From: Candidatus Omnitrophota bacterium
Lineage (GTDB): Bacteria; Omnitrophota; Gorgyraeia; Duberdicusellales; 4484-171
Direction of reading: 5' to 3'
NCBI GenBank assembly: GCA_043815185.1
Contig: JBDRJF010000023.1
Location: forward strand, 1-59,493
Length of the DNA: 59,493 nt
Shown: piece after piece, positions 43,878 through 53,462 of the stretch
How the letters are laid out: the number at the start of each line of letters is the position of its first letter
Position numbering within the stretch: the first letter of the stretch is position 1
Program-made: the position numbers and the translations under genes
The notes under the pieces: model-generated
Databases searched by the model: none
What the model saw: the letters and a program-made list of their open reading frames with translations, nothing else
What the model was told of the DNA's origin: nothing

Positions 43878-46321
43878 TCAAATTTTAATATCTCACCCTT
43901 ACGGATTGCTTTTATCTTTATAGCTTTTTCTTCCTTCTCCCCTTTAGCCTTCTTGGAGAAAACTCCCCTGATGATATCTTCAGCTAAAGGATCTTCCATA
44001 AACCGCTGGATAACTCTCTTTAAGGGCCGGGCTCCAAAAACCGGATCAAATCCTTTTTCGATGAAAAATTCTTTAGCCTCAGGCGTCAACTCTACTTCAA
44101 AACCCTGTTCAATTAACCTTGTATTCACGTAGGAAATTTCAATATTTACTATTGTATCTAAATCTTTCTTGGTTAAAGATTTAAATACAATAACCTCATC
44201 TAAACGGTTTAGGAATTCCGGCTTAAAGGTATTCTTTACCTCCCCCATCAATACATTTTTCATCTCCTCGTAACCGATATCTTCACTAATTTCTTTGAAA
44301 CCTAAAGAACTTCTCTTCCTAATAATGTCCGCTCCCACATTAGAAGTCATAATAAGAATGGTGTTACGGAAATCGACTCTCCGGCCATAACTATCAGTAA
44401 GTCTTCCCTCTTCAAGAATCTGCAAGAGGAGGTTAAAGACATCAGGATGAGCTTTTTCAATCTCGTCTAATAAAATCACTGCGTACGGCTTGCGCCTTAT
44501 CCTTTCGGTTAATTGTCCGCCCTCTTCATAACCCACATAACCCGGAGGCGCACCAATTAAACGCGATACATTAAACTTCTCCATATACTCACTCATATCC
44601 AATTGGATTAAAGCCTCATCGTTACCAAACATAAACTCAGCTAAAGCCCGGGCAAGCAGGGTTTTCCCCACGCCGGTAGGGCCTAAAAACATAAACGAAC
44701 CTATGGGCCTGCGGGGCTCTTTTATTCCGGCTCTGGCCCGTTTGACTGAACGGGCAATCGCACTAATTGCTTCCTTCTGGCCCACCACTCGGGCACTCAA
44801 CTCTTCCTCTATCTTCAGTAATTTTGTCGACTCCCTCTCCTCTAGTCTATAGATAGGTACACCGGTGATCTGGGATACCAGCTGGGCAATCTCTTCTTCT
44901 CCTACCTCGGGGGTAATCTGATCTCTCTGCTTGCTCCACCCATTTCTTAATTCCTTTAATTGAGACCGCAGGGTCTTCTCCTCATCGCGCAAGCGGGCAG
45001 CTTTCTCAAAGTCCTGCTGTTTAATCAAGGCTTCCTTCTCAGTAACAATCTTAGCTATCTTTGCGTCGATTTCCTTAATATTAGTGGGAGCGGTTAAGGC
45101 TGCCAGACGCGATTTTGCTCCGGCTTCATCAATTAAGTCAATAGCCTTATCCGGAAGGTATCTGCCGGAAATATATCGGTCGGCTAGTTTAGCTGCTGCC
45201 TCAAGAGACTGATTAGTAAATTTTACCCGATGGTGAGCCTCATACCTATCCCTTAAGCCCTCTAAGATTTGTATTGTCTCCCCAACTGTATTTGCCTCGA
45301 CAAATATCGGCTGGAACCGCCTCTCGAGAGCTGCATCCTTCTCAATATTTTTCCGGTATTCATTAAAAGTAGTTGCTCCAATACATTGGATCTCACCTCG
45401 GGATAAAGCCGGCTTAAGAATATTCGATGCATCAATAGCTCCTTCGGCAGCTCCGGCTCCCACTAAAGTATGCAACTCATCAATAAAGATAATCACGTCT
45501 TTGGAACGTTTTATCTCTTCCATAACTGCTTTTATCCGCTCTTCAAATTGACCACGATACTTGGTTCCAGCAATCATCAAAGCCAGATCTAAAACTACTA
45601 TCCGCTTGTTCCTTAAGATCTCCGGCACATCACCATTTACAATATCCTGGGCTAAACCTTCAACTATTGCTGTCTTTCCCACGCCAGCTTCTCCCAAGAG
45701 AACCGGATTGTTTTTAGTGCGCCGGGATAATATCTGGATAATCCTTTCGATCTCAGCCGTCCTGCCAATTACTGGATCAAGTTTTCCATCTTTAGTTAAC
45801 TTAGTTAAATCCCGGCCAAAAGAATCCAAAGCCGGGGTCTTTGAAGCAGTCTGACCGGCTCCGCCACTAGGCTGGGGATGGGCGGTTCCGCCCAAAAGGG
45901 CAGAAATTTCTTTTCTTAATCCCATTAAGTCTACTCCCACCGAAAGAAGAACCTGGGAAGCAATTCCTTCTTCCTCTTTCAATAAACCTAAGAGTATATG
46001 TTCGGTTCCGATATAGTTATGACTTAAGCCTCGGGCCTCTTCAGCTGCAAGCTCTAAAGCCTTCTTAGCCCGGGGGGTAAAAGGTATGTCGCCTAAGACT
46101 GAGCCGACACTTCCGGTTGATACTAACTTCTCAACCTCAATTCTTAAACGTTCTAAATCTACCCCTAAATTCTGCAAAACTGCGCAAGCCACCCCTTCAC
46201 CTTCTCGGACCAAACCTAAAAGTATATGTTCAGTCCCGATATAATCATGGTTAAATCTACGGGCTTCTTCCTTGGCCAAAACTAAAACCTTTCGTGCTCT
46301 TTCTGTAAACCGGTTAAACAT
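43874..46321 (-). CDS. clpC: ATP-dependent Clp protease ATPase subunit ClpC
   Basis: Two Clp_N repeats, Walker [10 protein letters not shown] and GPTGVGKT, and a UVR-like linker. Confidence 0.95.
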   Translation of the reverse strand: MFNRFTERARKVLVLAKEEARRFNHDYIGTEHILLGLVREGEGVACAVLQNLGVDLERLRIEVEKLVSTGSVGSVLGDIPFTPRAKKALELAAEEARGLSHNYIGTEHILLGLLKEEEGIASQVLLSVGVDLMGLRKEISALLGGTAHPQPSGGAGQTASKTPALDSFGRDLTKLTKDGKLDPVIGRTAEIERIIQILSRRTKNNPVLLGEAGVGKTAIVEGLAQDIVNGDVPEILRNKRIVVLDLALMIAGTKYRGQFEERIKAVMEEIKRSKDVIIFIDELHTLVGAGAAEGAIDASNILKPALSRGEIQCIGATTFNEYRKNIEKDAALERRFQPIFVEANTVGETIQILEGLRDRYEAHHRVKFTNQSLEAAAKLADRYISGRYLPDKAIDLIDEAGAKSRLAALTAPTNIKEIDAKIAKIVTEKEALIKQQDFEKAARLRDEEKTLRSQLKELRNGWSKQRDQITPEVGEEEIAQLVSQITGVPIYRLEERESTKLLKIEEELSARVVGQKEAISAIARSVKRARAGIKEPRRPIGSFMFLGPTGVGKTLLARALAEFMFGNDEALIQLDMSEYMEKFNVSRLIGAPPGYVGYEEGGQLTERIRRKPYAVILLDEIEKAHPDVFNLLLQILEEGRLTDSYGRRVDFRNTILIMTSNVGADIIRKRSSLGFKEISEDIGYEEMKNVLMGEVKNTFKPEFLNRLDEVIVFKSLTKKDLDTIVNIEISYVNTRLIEQGFEVELTPEAKEFFIEKGFDPVFGARPLKRVIQRFMEDPLAEDIIRGVFSKKAKGEKEEKAIKIKAIRKGEILKFE

Positions 46322-47390
46322 TTCTTCCTCCTAACTTCTTTCTTAAGATTTCCGCTCTGATATAATCACGCTCTCTTTCCTTCAAAGACTTCAACTCTAT
46401 CTTCTGCAGATGTGCCGGCTGAATTATAATAAATAAACTATTTACTACCTCTCTTGCATCTCGCCTAGAGGCTAAATCCGTGCTCTTAATTATACCTAAA
46501 TCTAAGCCTAAACACAAGACAGAAAGGTGGCTTAAAGCTTCCCGGCTGCTGATCAAACGGCAGTTTCTTAAAATTCCTAAAGCCCGCCAGACATTATCTT
46601 CCAAGCTTAACTTATGTTTCTTCAAGAGCAGGTTACGGGCGCTGGCCTCTTGAGTCTTAACTTGATTTACCACCCCAATAAGGTTATCGATCAACTCTTC
46701 TTCGGATAAGCCTAAACTGACTTGATTGGAAATCTGGAAAAAGTTCCCTAAAGCCTGGGTTCCTTCTCCGAATAAGCCCCGGGTAGTAAAAGATATCCGA
46801 GTTAACAGCTCTAATATCTTATTTATCCGCTTAGTAAGGGTAAGGGCCGGAAGATGCAGCATGCAAGATGCCCTTAGAGCTGTGCCGACATTAGTCGGGC
46901 AAGCAGTTAAATAACCTAAATCCGATGAAAACGAAAACGAAATCTTCTTGGCTAAATCATTATCGATATCCTCCAAAATCTGCCAGCAGCTTTTCAAGTC
47001 AAAGCCGGAGAGAAGAACCTGAGACCGAAGATGGTCTTCTTCATTGATCATAATTGAAATATTCTCATCGCCAGATACAATCAAACCCTTCTCCTTGTTA
47101 GGGCTGATATGCTCCTGACTAATTAAGTGCCGCTCGAGTAAAAACTGGCTGTCTAAAGTACTTAACTCGGCCATGTTCACAAAAGTGCTCTTCTTTAACC
47201 TCTTTACCTGAAGGTAAACTTCTCTTACCTTATCCAAAACCTCCTTTTTCTGGGCATTACTTGCCCAGGAAGGAAAGGGAAGACCCACAATATTGCGGGC
47301 CAGGCGGATTCGGGAAGAAAAAATTATCTCCGCCTCCGGCCCCTTACCGTTTAACCAACTGTCCTGATTATTTAGAAAATTCTCAAACAT
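46314..47390 (-). CDS. mcsB: Protein arginine kinase McsB
   Basis: Guanidino-kinase catalytic domain motifs NEEDHLR and TACPTNVGT. Confidence 0.9.
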   Translation of the reverse strand: MFENFLNNQDSWLNGKGPEAEIIFSSRIRLARNIVGLPFPSWASNAQKKEVLDKVREVYLQVKRLKKSTFVNMAELSTLDSQFLLERHLISQEHISPNKEKGLIVSGDENISIMINEEDHLRSQVLLSGFDLKSCWQILEDIDNDLAKKISFSFSSDLGYLTACPTNVGTALRASCMLHLPALTLTKRINKILELLTRISFTTRGLFGEGTQALGNFFQISNQVSLGLSEEELIDNLIGVVNQVKTQEASARNLLLKKHKLSLEDNVWRALGILRNCRLISSREALSHLSVLCLGLDLGIIKSTDLASRRDAREVVNSLFIIIQPAHLQKIELKSLKERERDYIRAEILRKKLGGRNV

Positions 47391-47451
47391 ATTTAAATAG
47401 TTTTAAATTTTACGGCTTGAGAAGGGATTTTAAGATTTTTTCAAAATTTAC

Positions 47452-47940
47452 TTACGGCTTCTTCTTTTCTGACTCTTTGATCTTATCTCTTAACTTGGCT
47501 GCCTCTTCATACTCTTCCAACTGGATCGCCTGTTTAAGACGGGCATAAAGATCTTTTATTTTTAATTGGCTTGATACCTTTTTATCCAGACGGCTGGGGA
47601 CTTTTCCAGTATGTTGAGTTGCGCTATGCACCTTTTTAAGCAGCGGCAAGAGCAATTTACGGAAAGTTGTGTAACAACTTTCACAACCTAATCTCCCCTT
47701 AGCCTTGAAATCTTCATAACTGAGGCCGCAATCAGGACACTTAAGCAATCCTTCTTGGGGGGAATCACCAACCATATCAGCAAGGCTTCCCAGAAAGCCT
47801 GATATGTTTAAGTGTTTATTTAGCTCATTGGCCTTAGTTTGGGCACAAGCCTGACAAATATGCATCTCAACAATCCTTTCATCGATAATCTCAGTGAGAT
47901 GAACCGTAGCGCTATTTTTATGACAGACATCACATAACAT
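47452..47940 (-). CDS. mcsA: McsA-like zinc-finger / UVR-domain activator of McsB
   Basis: N-terminal CDVC...CQAC and CPDC...CESC fingers and a C-terminal UVR motif (LKQAIQLEEYEEAAKLRDKIK). Confidence 0.8.
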   Translation of the reverse strand: MLCDVCHKNSATVHLTEIIDERIVEMHICQACAQTKANELNKHLNISGFLGSLADMVGDSPQEGLLKCPDCGLSYEDFKAKGRLGCESCYTTFRKLLLPLLKKVHSATQHTGKVPSRLDKKVSSQLKIKDLYARLKQAIQLEEYEEAAKLRDKIKESEKKKP

Positions 47941-48017
47941 AACTATTTCAGAATACAGAAAACAGAAGATAGAAGTCAGGTTTTTCGGTCATCTGTTCTC
48001 TGTCATCTGTCCTCTAA

Positions 48018-48893
48018 TTACAAACTATATTTTACTCCCCCGGTCTTGGTGATTTTTTTAAACTCTTTCATTATTGCCTCGGTAATTTTACCCGGCTTAC
48101 CGTCTCCGATTGACCGGCCATCAACCTTTACTACCGGAACGATTTCAGCGGCAGTCCCGGTTAAGAAACACTCCTCGCTAATAAAAAGTTCATGGCGGGT
48201 AAGTACATGTTCATGAGCCAATATCTTCTTCTTTTTAGCAATACCTAATACTGTATCGCGGGTAATACCTCTTAAAGTCCCCATGCATTGAGGCGGCGTA
48301 TAGAGTTCGCCTCCTTTCACCACGAAGATATTATCTCCGGTACATTCAGCAACATACCCTAGATGATCAAGCATTAAAGCCTCCTGACAGCCGGAGTTTA
48401 TAGCTTCGATTTTAGCCAAGATATTATTCAAGTAGTTTAAGGACTTTATCTGCGGGTTTAAAGCCTCGCACAAATTCCTAATAGTAGGAACCGTAACTAT
48501 CTCCATACCTTTATTGTATAATTCCTTAGGATAAAGAGCGATTTTGTCAGCAATTATAACTACTGTTTCATGGCCCTTGCACTTTCTGGGATCCAGGCCT
48601 AAGTCACCTTCACCCCGGGAGACTATTACCCGAATATAGGCATCCCTTAAATTGTTAGCCTTTATGGTTTTGATTATAGCCTGGACCAACTCTTTCTTAG
48701 TTAAAGGAATTTTTAGCATAATTGAATGAGCCGACTCAAACAGGCGGTCAACATGCTCCTTGAGTTTAAAAACTAAACAATCATAAGAACGTATTCCTTC
48801 AAATACACCATCTCCGTATAAAAACCCATGATCAAACACGGAAACTTTTGCCTCTTTCTTATCCACCAGTTTCTCATTTAAATAAATCTTCAT
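48018..48893 (-). CDS. ilvE: Branched-chain amino acid aminotransferase (class IV)
   Basis: FDHGFLYGDGVFEGIR and a class IV fold. ATG 48893 with SD GAGGAGGG is preferred over the TTG at 48908. Confidence 0.9.
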   Translation of the reverse strand: MKIYLNEKLVDKKEAKVSVFDHGFLYGDGVFEGIRSYDCLVFKLKEHVDRLFESAHSIMLKIPLTKKELVQAIIKTIKANNLRDAYIRVIVSRGEGDLGLDPRKCKGHETVVIIADKIALYPKELYNKGMEIVTVPTIRNLCEALNPQIKSLNYLNNILAKIEAINSGCQEALMLDHLGYVAECTGDNIFVVKGGELYTPPQCMGTLRGITRDTVLGIAKKKKILAHEHVLTRHELFISEECFLTGTAAEIVPVVKVDGRSIGDGKPGKITEAIMKEFKKITKTGGVKYSL

Positions 48894-48899
48894 CTCTTC

Positions 48900-48928
48900 C
48901 CTCCTCAATGATCCGCCTTAGGCGGAGA
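48900..48928 (-). repeat. 29-nt conserved leader element (hairpin plus SD), copy 2
   Basis: Identical to 39175-39203. Immediately 5' of the ilvE start. Confidence 0.6.
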
Positions 48929-49041
48929 ATTGCCCCGTGGAAATCGAAGATTTCCCGGGACTAAGTTCCTGAAATTTCTCCGAAATTTCTAGGGGATCCC
49001 GCCGAAGCCTGAGGCGGGATATACCTAAATATTAATATACC

Positions 49042-49707
49042 TCACCCAACCTCACCGTCTTTAATAAATAAACTTCGCTTAGCACACTTAGCCAGCTCTA
49101 AATTATGGGTAACTAAGACTATGGTTTTATTCTTCTCTTTATTTAATCTACCTAACAGAGCAACTATTCTGGTTTGAGAATCTTTATCCAGATTTCCGGT
49201 AGGCTCATCGCAAAGAATAATCTCAGGATCATTGGCTAAAGCCCGGGCAAAAGCTACCCTCTGCCTTTGGCCTCCTGAGAGCTGCGAAGGAAAAGCCTCC
49301 TTCCTATCTGCTATTCCTAAGTATTTTAACAATTCTTCGATCATTTTTAAAGAGTATTTTTTCCTGTTTAAATTCCTGGTTAAAGTGATATTTTCAAAAA
49401 CATTTAACTCCTCAATCAGGTGATAGAATTGAAAAACAAACCCAATATGCTTACCCCGCCACAAGGAAAGCTCTTTATCCTTCATCTTATAGATATCTCT
49501 TCCTTTAAAAAGTACCTTCCCGCGGCTGGGATAGTCTAAACCACCCAAGGTATGGAGTAGGGTAGACTTCCCGGCTCCTGAGGGCCCAACTATGGCCAGG
49601 TAATCTCCGGGAAAAAGTGCTAAAGAAAGGCTCTTTAAAGCTTGAATTGATTCAGTGCCGCTACAATAAGTCTTGGTTACTGATTCCAGTTTAAATAATT
49701 CACTCAT
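49042..49707 (-). CDS. lolD: Lipoprotein-release ABC ATPase LolD-like
   Basis: Walker [10 protein letters not shown], signature LSGGQRQR, Walker B ILCDEP. Paired with a LolC/E permease. Confidence 0.8.
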   Translation of the reverse strand: MSELFKLESVTKTYCSGTESIQALKSLSLALFPGDYLAIVGPSGAGKSTLLHTLGGLDYPSRGKVLFKGRDIYKMKDKELSLWRGKHIGFVFQFYHLIEELNVFENITLTRNLNRKKYSLKMIEELLKYLGIADRKEAFPSQLSGGQRQRVAFARALANDPEIILCDEPTGNLDKDSQTRIVALLGRLNKEKNKTIVLVTHNLELAKCAKRSLFIKDGEVG

Positions 49708-50857
49708 AACGCAAAGCTTCAGAGGGTTGTAGTTTAGCCGCCCTGATTGCCGGAATTAAACTAAAGATAAAGGATAAAATAATTCCCACCAGGATAATCA
49801 AACCAATATCTCGGTAATTTATAGCCATTGGCAGATACTCGATGTAGTAAATTTCCGCCGGTAACTTTATAAACGGGTACTTCTTTAAAATGAGACATAA
49901 GCCTAAACCCAAAGCTGTCCCGCTTAAGGTGCCAAGAAAACCCAAGAGTAGCCCCTGTAAGCAAAAAATTCTAGCTACTCGTCTGCGGGTAAAACCTAAA
50001 GATTTCAGAATCCCAATGTCTTTAGTCTTCTCGACTACTCCTACAGTTAAGGTAGCAAAAATATTAAATGCTGCTACTAAAATTATTAAGCTTAAGATAA
50101 TGAACATCGTTATCTTCTCTAATTTTAAAGCTGAGAAGAATACCTGGTTTGACTCCATCCAGGTAGATACGAATAACTCCTGGCTAAACTCCTTTAAGAT
50201 TTTCTTCTTCACTAAATGAGCCTTAAAAGGATCCTCTACTCTTACCCCCAGGGTAAGAAGGTAATTCGGAGACAAACTCTTAGCTTTTTCTAAGTCAGTA
50301 ATAAGGTAATTATTATCAATATCATAGAGGCCGACTTTAAAAGTGCCCCGAACTGCTTCCTCTTGCAGATTAAGCTTCTTCTCCAAGGGATAAAACTCTA
50401 TTTTATCAAGGATAAAAAATCTTCGCTCCAAGCCCTCTCCGATGAAAAAACCCTCAGTAGCCTTCTCCTCAGTCACATATTGATAAAGGTTTTGACTTTC
50501 CCCTTGGTCTTTGAGATCAATCCCCTTTACTACCAGAGGAAGGATTAGATTTTCAAACTTGGCAAAAATTTGAGTCTGAAGAGACAGCGAAGCAACCTTT
50601 ACCTCTTCCCAAGTTTTAAGTTTCTCCGCGACCTGAGTCAATTGCTGATTATCCAGGCACTCCACAGATAAGTGCTGGTTAAACCGCATCAGCTTCTCCA
50701 TTAAGTCTCGGTCAAAACCGTTCATTACCGAGATAACTACGATTAAAGTAGCTACACCTAAAGCAATACCTAAACAAGAAACAATTCCAATAAAGGAAAT
50801 GTGCCTGCTTTGTCCGCGGAAAAGATAACGCCGTGCCAAAAATAGCTCAGGTATCAT
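49700..50857 (-). CDS. lolC: LolC/LolE-family (FtsX-like) lipoprotein-release permease
   Basis: MacB-like periplasmic domain between TM1 and TM2, C-terminal FtsX domain. Starts ARRYLF. Confidence 0.8.
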   Translation of the reverse strand: MIPELFLARRYLFRGQSRHISFIGIVSCLGIALGVATLIVVISVMNGFDRDLMEKLMRFNQHLSVECLDNQQLTQVAEKLKTWEEVKVASLSLQTQIFAKFENLILPLVVKGIDLKDQGESQNLYQYVTEEKATEGFFIGEGLERRFFILDKIEFYPLEKKLNLQEEAVRGTFKVGLYDIDNNYLITDLEKAKSLSPNYLLTLGVRVEDPFKAHLVKKKILKEFSQELFVSTWMESNQVFFSALKLEKITMFIILSLIILVAAFNIFATLTVGVVEKTKDIGILKSLGFTRRRVARIFCLQGLLLGFLGTLSGTALGLGLCLILKKYPFIKLPAEIYYIEYLPMAINYRDIGLIILVGIILSFIFSLIPAIRAAKLQPSEALRYE

Positions 50858-52271
50858 TAGGTAAGGGTTTAAGGAGAGGGAAGAGAATTACGTCTCTGAT
50901 CGAAGGCTGATTGAGCAGAAGCATTACCAACCTATCCATGCCTATTCCTAAACCAGCAGCCGGAGGCATACCGTATTCTAAACTAAGTAAAAAGTCATTA
51001 TCGACCTTTTTTGGTAGTTCTTCTTCGACTGCTAATTGTTTATTAAAACGTTCCTTTTGTTCAAGAGGGTCGTTTAACTCAGAATAGGCATTGGCGATCT
51101 CAAGCCCTCCGATAAATAACTCAAACCTCTCCACCAAATTTGGATTATCCTTCTTTTTTTTAGCTAAAGGAGAAGTCCAGGTAAAAAAATCGACAATAAA
51201 TGCCGGCTTATTAAGCGGAAAATTCTTCTCGATCAGCTGCTCAGTTATGTTAAGAATTTGACTGCGGCTCAAGGACTTAGCTAAGTTTAACTTCTTACTT
51301 AGCTTCTTAAACATAATATCCTGGGAATCACTCTCCTCTACAGCGAACTCCCGCTTAAAAACTTCGGCAAAGGAAATTCTCTGCCAGGGCGGAGTAAGAT
51401 CTATTTTCCTGCCCTGATATTCCAAAACTAATGAAGAGTTTATCTGAGAAACAAGATATGAAAATAAATTCTCACAAACCTTCATCATATACTCATAATT
51501 CTCATAGGCACAATAAGCTTCAAGCATAGTGAATTCGGGATTATGCCGGGTGGAAACTCCTTCGTTGCGAAAGCTTCGGTTTATCTCATATATCTTTTCT
51601 AAACCGCCGACTAAAAGACGCTTGAGATACAGCTCAGGGGCAATGCGCAGATAGACGTCACTATCGGTAGCATTATGGAAGGTGGCAAATGGCCGGCCAG
51701 CTGCTCCTCCGGCAACCCGATGCAGCATCGGAGTCTCAACCTCCATATAATCAAGGCGGTTAAAGAAATCTCTGGTTAAAGAGATTATCTGAGAGCGCCT
51801 CTTAAACACTTCTTTAACTTCCGGATTAGAAATCAAATCAAGATAGCGCTGGCGGTATCTTACCTCTACATCTTTTAAGCCATGCCACTTCTCCGGCAAA
51901 GGCCTGAGGGCTTTAGACAGAAGCTTCAATTCACTGATTAAAACCGTAGGTTCACCGGTGCGGGTAGTAAATAACTTACCCCTAACCCCAATAATATCTC
52001 CGATGTCAATATCCTTAAACAGCTCAAAAATCTCACCTAAATCATTAGCCCGGGCATAAATCTGCAATTTCCCGCTATGGTCACTGATATGGGCAAACCC
52101 GGATTTGCCGTGTTCCCGCTTGGTGATTAACCTTCCGGCAACCGATACCTGCTCTTCCTCTTTAAAAGATTTAAGGATATCCTTGATAGCCAAAGGTTTA
52201 GAAAATTCAGTTACTTCAAAAGGAAAACCGAATTTTTCACTAATTTTCTTTAATTTTTCAATATTTTCCAT
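50847..52271 (-). CDS. lysS: Lysyl-tRNA synthetase, class II
   Basis: OB-fold N-domain, motif 2 FRNEGVSTRHNPEFTMLE and motif 3 GLGIGMDRL. Confidence 0.95.
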   Translation of the reverse strand: MENIEKLKKISEKFGFPFEVTEFSKPLAIKDILKSFKEEEQVSVAGRLITKREHGKSGFAHISDHSGKLQIYARANDLGEIFELFKDIDIGDIIGVRGKLFTTRTGEPTVLISELKLLSKALRPLPEKWHGLKDVEVRYRQRYLDLISNPEVKEVFKRRSQIISLTRDFFNRLDYMEVETPMLHRVAGGAAGRPFATFHNATDSDVYLRIAPELYLKRLLVGGLEKIYEINRSFRNEGVSTRHNPEFTMLEAYCAYENYEYMMKVCENLFSYLVSQINSSLVLEYQGRKIDLTPPWQRISFAEVFKREFAVEESDSQDIMFKKLSKKLNLAKSLSRSQILNITEQLIEKNFPLNKPAFIVDFFTWTSPLAKKKKDNPNLVERFELFIGGLEIANAYSELNDPLEQKERFNKQLAVEEELPKKVDNDFLLSLEYGMPPAAGLGIGMDRLVMLLLNQPSIRDVILFPLLKPLPNDT

Positions 52272-52376
52272 AACTTATAGATTATATATAATATATCGAT
52301 TACTGTCAAATCTATTTAAATCTCTCCCTAATTGAAATAATTAATGATTTGTACTGGGAATTGCAATGTAATCAGT

Positions 52377-52841
52377 TTAGAAATCGAGTTCTCTTTGGGG
52401 CGATGATGACTTTATTATCTTATAAATCTTGCCAACAAATTCTTCAGCAGTTTTTATTGCACCCTTTGCTTCCTTTAACGAACAAGGAATTCCAGGCTCG
52501 TAGATGAATTTATGCCGTTTCTTACGCATGAAATCGTAGTCATTAATAAGCCTTTTAAATTCATCTCCTAAAACTGCACTGGCAAATTTAATAATAGTTA
52601 AATGTTTATTCTTAATTTCGGGACGAAAACCCTTGCTAAACATTAAAGCTAAACCTGAATGTAGAAGGGCGTTGTAGGAATAAGTATAAGTACATTCCTC
52701 ATCATCGGAAAGATTCCTCTTAGCAGTCTTAACATCAGCATAAGCTCGTGCAACAAGATTCTTTATGGCTTTATGATCGATAGGGCACTTTTTGATAAAT
52801 CCCTGATTTGAAAGTTGCTGGACTGACTCTTTATAAATCAT
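52377..52841 (-). CDS. HEPN-domain protein (putative toxin of a HEPN/MNT pair)
   Basis: All-helical, about 150 aa, with a KKRHKFIYE region resembling the HEPN R..xH/Y motif. Overlaps the upstream MNT gene by 11 nt. Confidence 0.65.
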   Translation of the reverse strand: MIYKESVQQLSNQGFIKKCPIDHKAIKNLVARAYADVKTAKRNLSDDEECTYTYSYNALLHSGLALMFSKGFRPEIKNKHLTIIKFASAVLGDEFKRLINDYDFMRKKRHKFIYEPGIPCSLKEAKGAIKTAEEFVGKIYKIIKSSSPQRELDF

Positions 52842-53403
52842 TTTTTTTACCTATAAGTATTATCTTAGGATTTTTTAATAACTCTGTAATAAACCCGCTT
52901 TTAGCTTTCTTTTTGGCCTTATATTCTTTCAGGGAGTAAATTGTTGGGTTTATCTCCCGTTTTAATTTCTGCTCCAATCCAACAATTTTTTCATGGAGAT
53001 AAGAAGTGTCGGGGTCACCGGCTATCATAAGGTCTATGTCGCTATCGCCTTTTTCTTTCTGGGCTGCGAAAGAACCGTAGATAAAGGCTAACCTAACTCC
53101 TTTGACTGAAGATAGCATATCTCGCAAGCTCGCCTCAACGCCCACAGTTTTAGAAACAATGCTTTTGAATTCCTTATACAAAGAATATGCCTTATCAAGA
53201 GTGTAATAGGAAAGATTTCCCTTCTTGGAAGAAACAAAAATACCAGCTTTCTCTAAAGCTATCAATTCTTTACGCAGCATTGCAACAGGGGTATCAAGAA
53301 TCCTTTCCAATTCACGTAAATAATAAGATTTGTCGGGATTAGTAAAATATAGCCGAAATAAGGCTTGTCTTGCCTTTGATTTAAAAATCCTAGTTATGTC
53401 CAT
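52831..53403 (-). CDS. wHTH-fused minimal nucleotidyltransferase (MNT, putative antitoxin)
   Basis: N-terminal winged-helix-like region (YYLRELERILDTPVAMLRKELIALEKAG). NTase motif GSFAAQKEKGDSDIDLMI. Confidence 0.75.
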   Translation of the reverse strand: MDITRIFKSKARQALFRLYFTNPDKSYYLRELERILDTPVAMLRKELIALEKAGIFVSSKKGNLSYYTLDKAYSLYKEFKSIVSKTVGVEASLRDMLSSVKGVRLAFIYGSFAAQKEKGDSDIDLMIAGDPDTSYLHEKIVGLEQKLKREINPTIYSLKEYKAKKKAKSGFITELLKNPKIILIGKKNDL

Positions 53404-53407
53404 AATT

Positions 53408-53450
53408 TTGTAACCTTTTTATGTTACAATTGTAACCTTTTTATATTACA
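53408..53450. promoter_or_regulatory. Two tandem 21-nt direct repeats, each an inverted repeat (TGTAAC-N8-GTTACA / ATTACA); candidate operator
   Basis: ttgtaacctttttatgttaca (53408-53428) and ttgtaacctttttatattaca (53430-53450), starting 5 nt upstream of the MNT start. Confidence 0.5.
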
Positions 53451-53462
53451 CTGTCAACAAAA

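Noticed and set aside
47941-48017. CtsR operator upstream of mcsA
   Set aside because: No GGTCAAA-N3-GGTCAAA heptad repeat is present. Only a different direct repeat (GTCATCTGT x2) was found, and it is reported as a finding rather than called a CtsR box.
49761-49964. 67-aa minus-strand ORF inside lolC
   Set aside because: It is an alternative frame within a well-supported FtsX-family permease gene, with no independent support.
53408-53450. Tandem repeats considered as a mini CRISPR array
   Set aside because: There are only two copies separated by a single nucleotide (essentially no spacer), no cas genes, and the position is immediately 5' of an HTH-containing gene. An operator is the better explanation.
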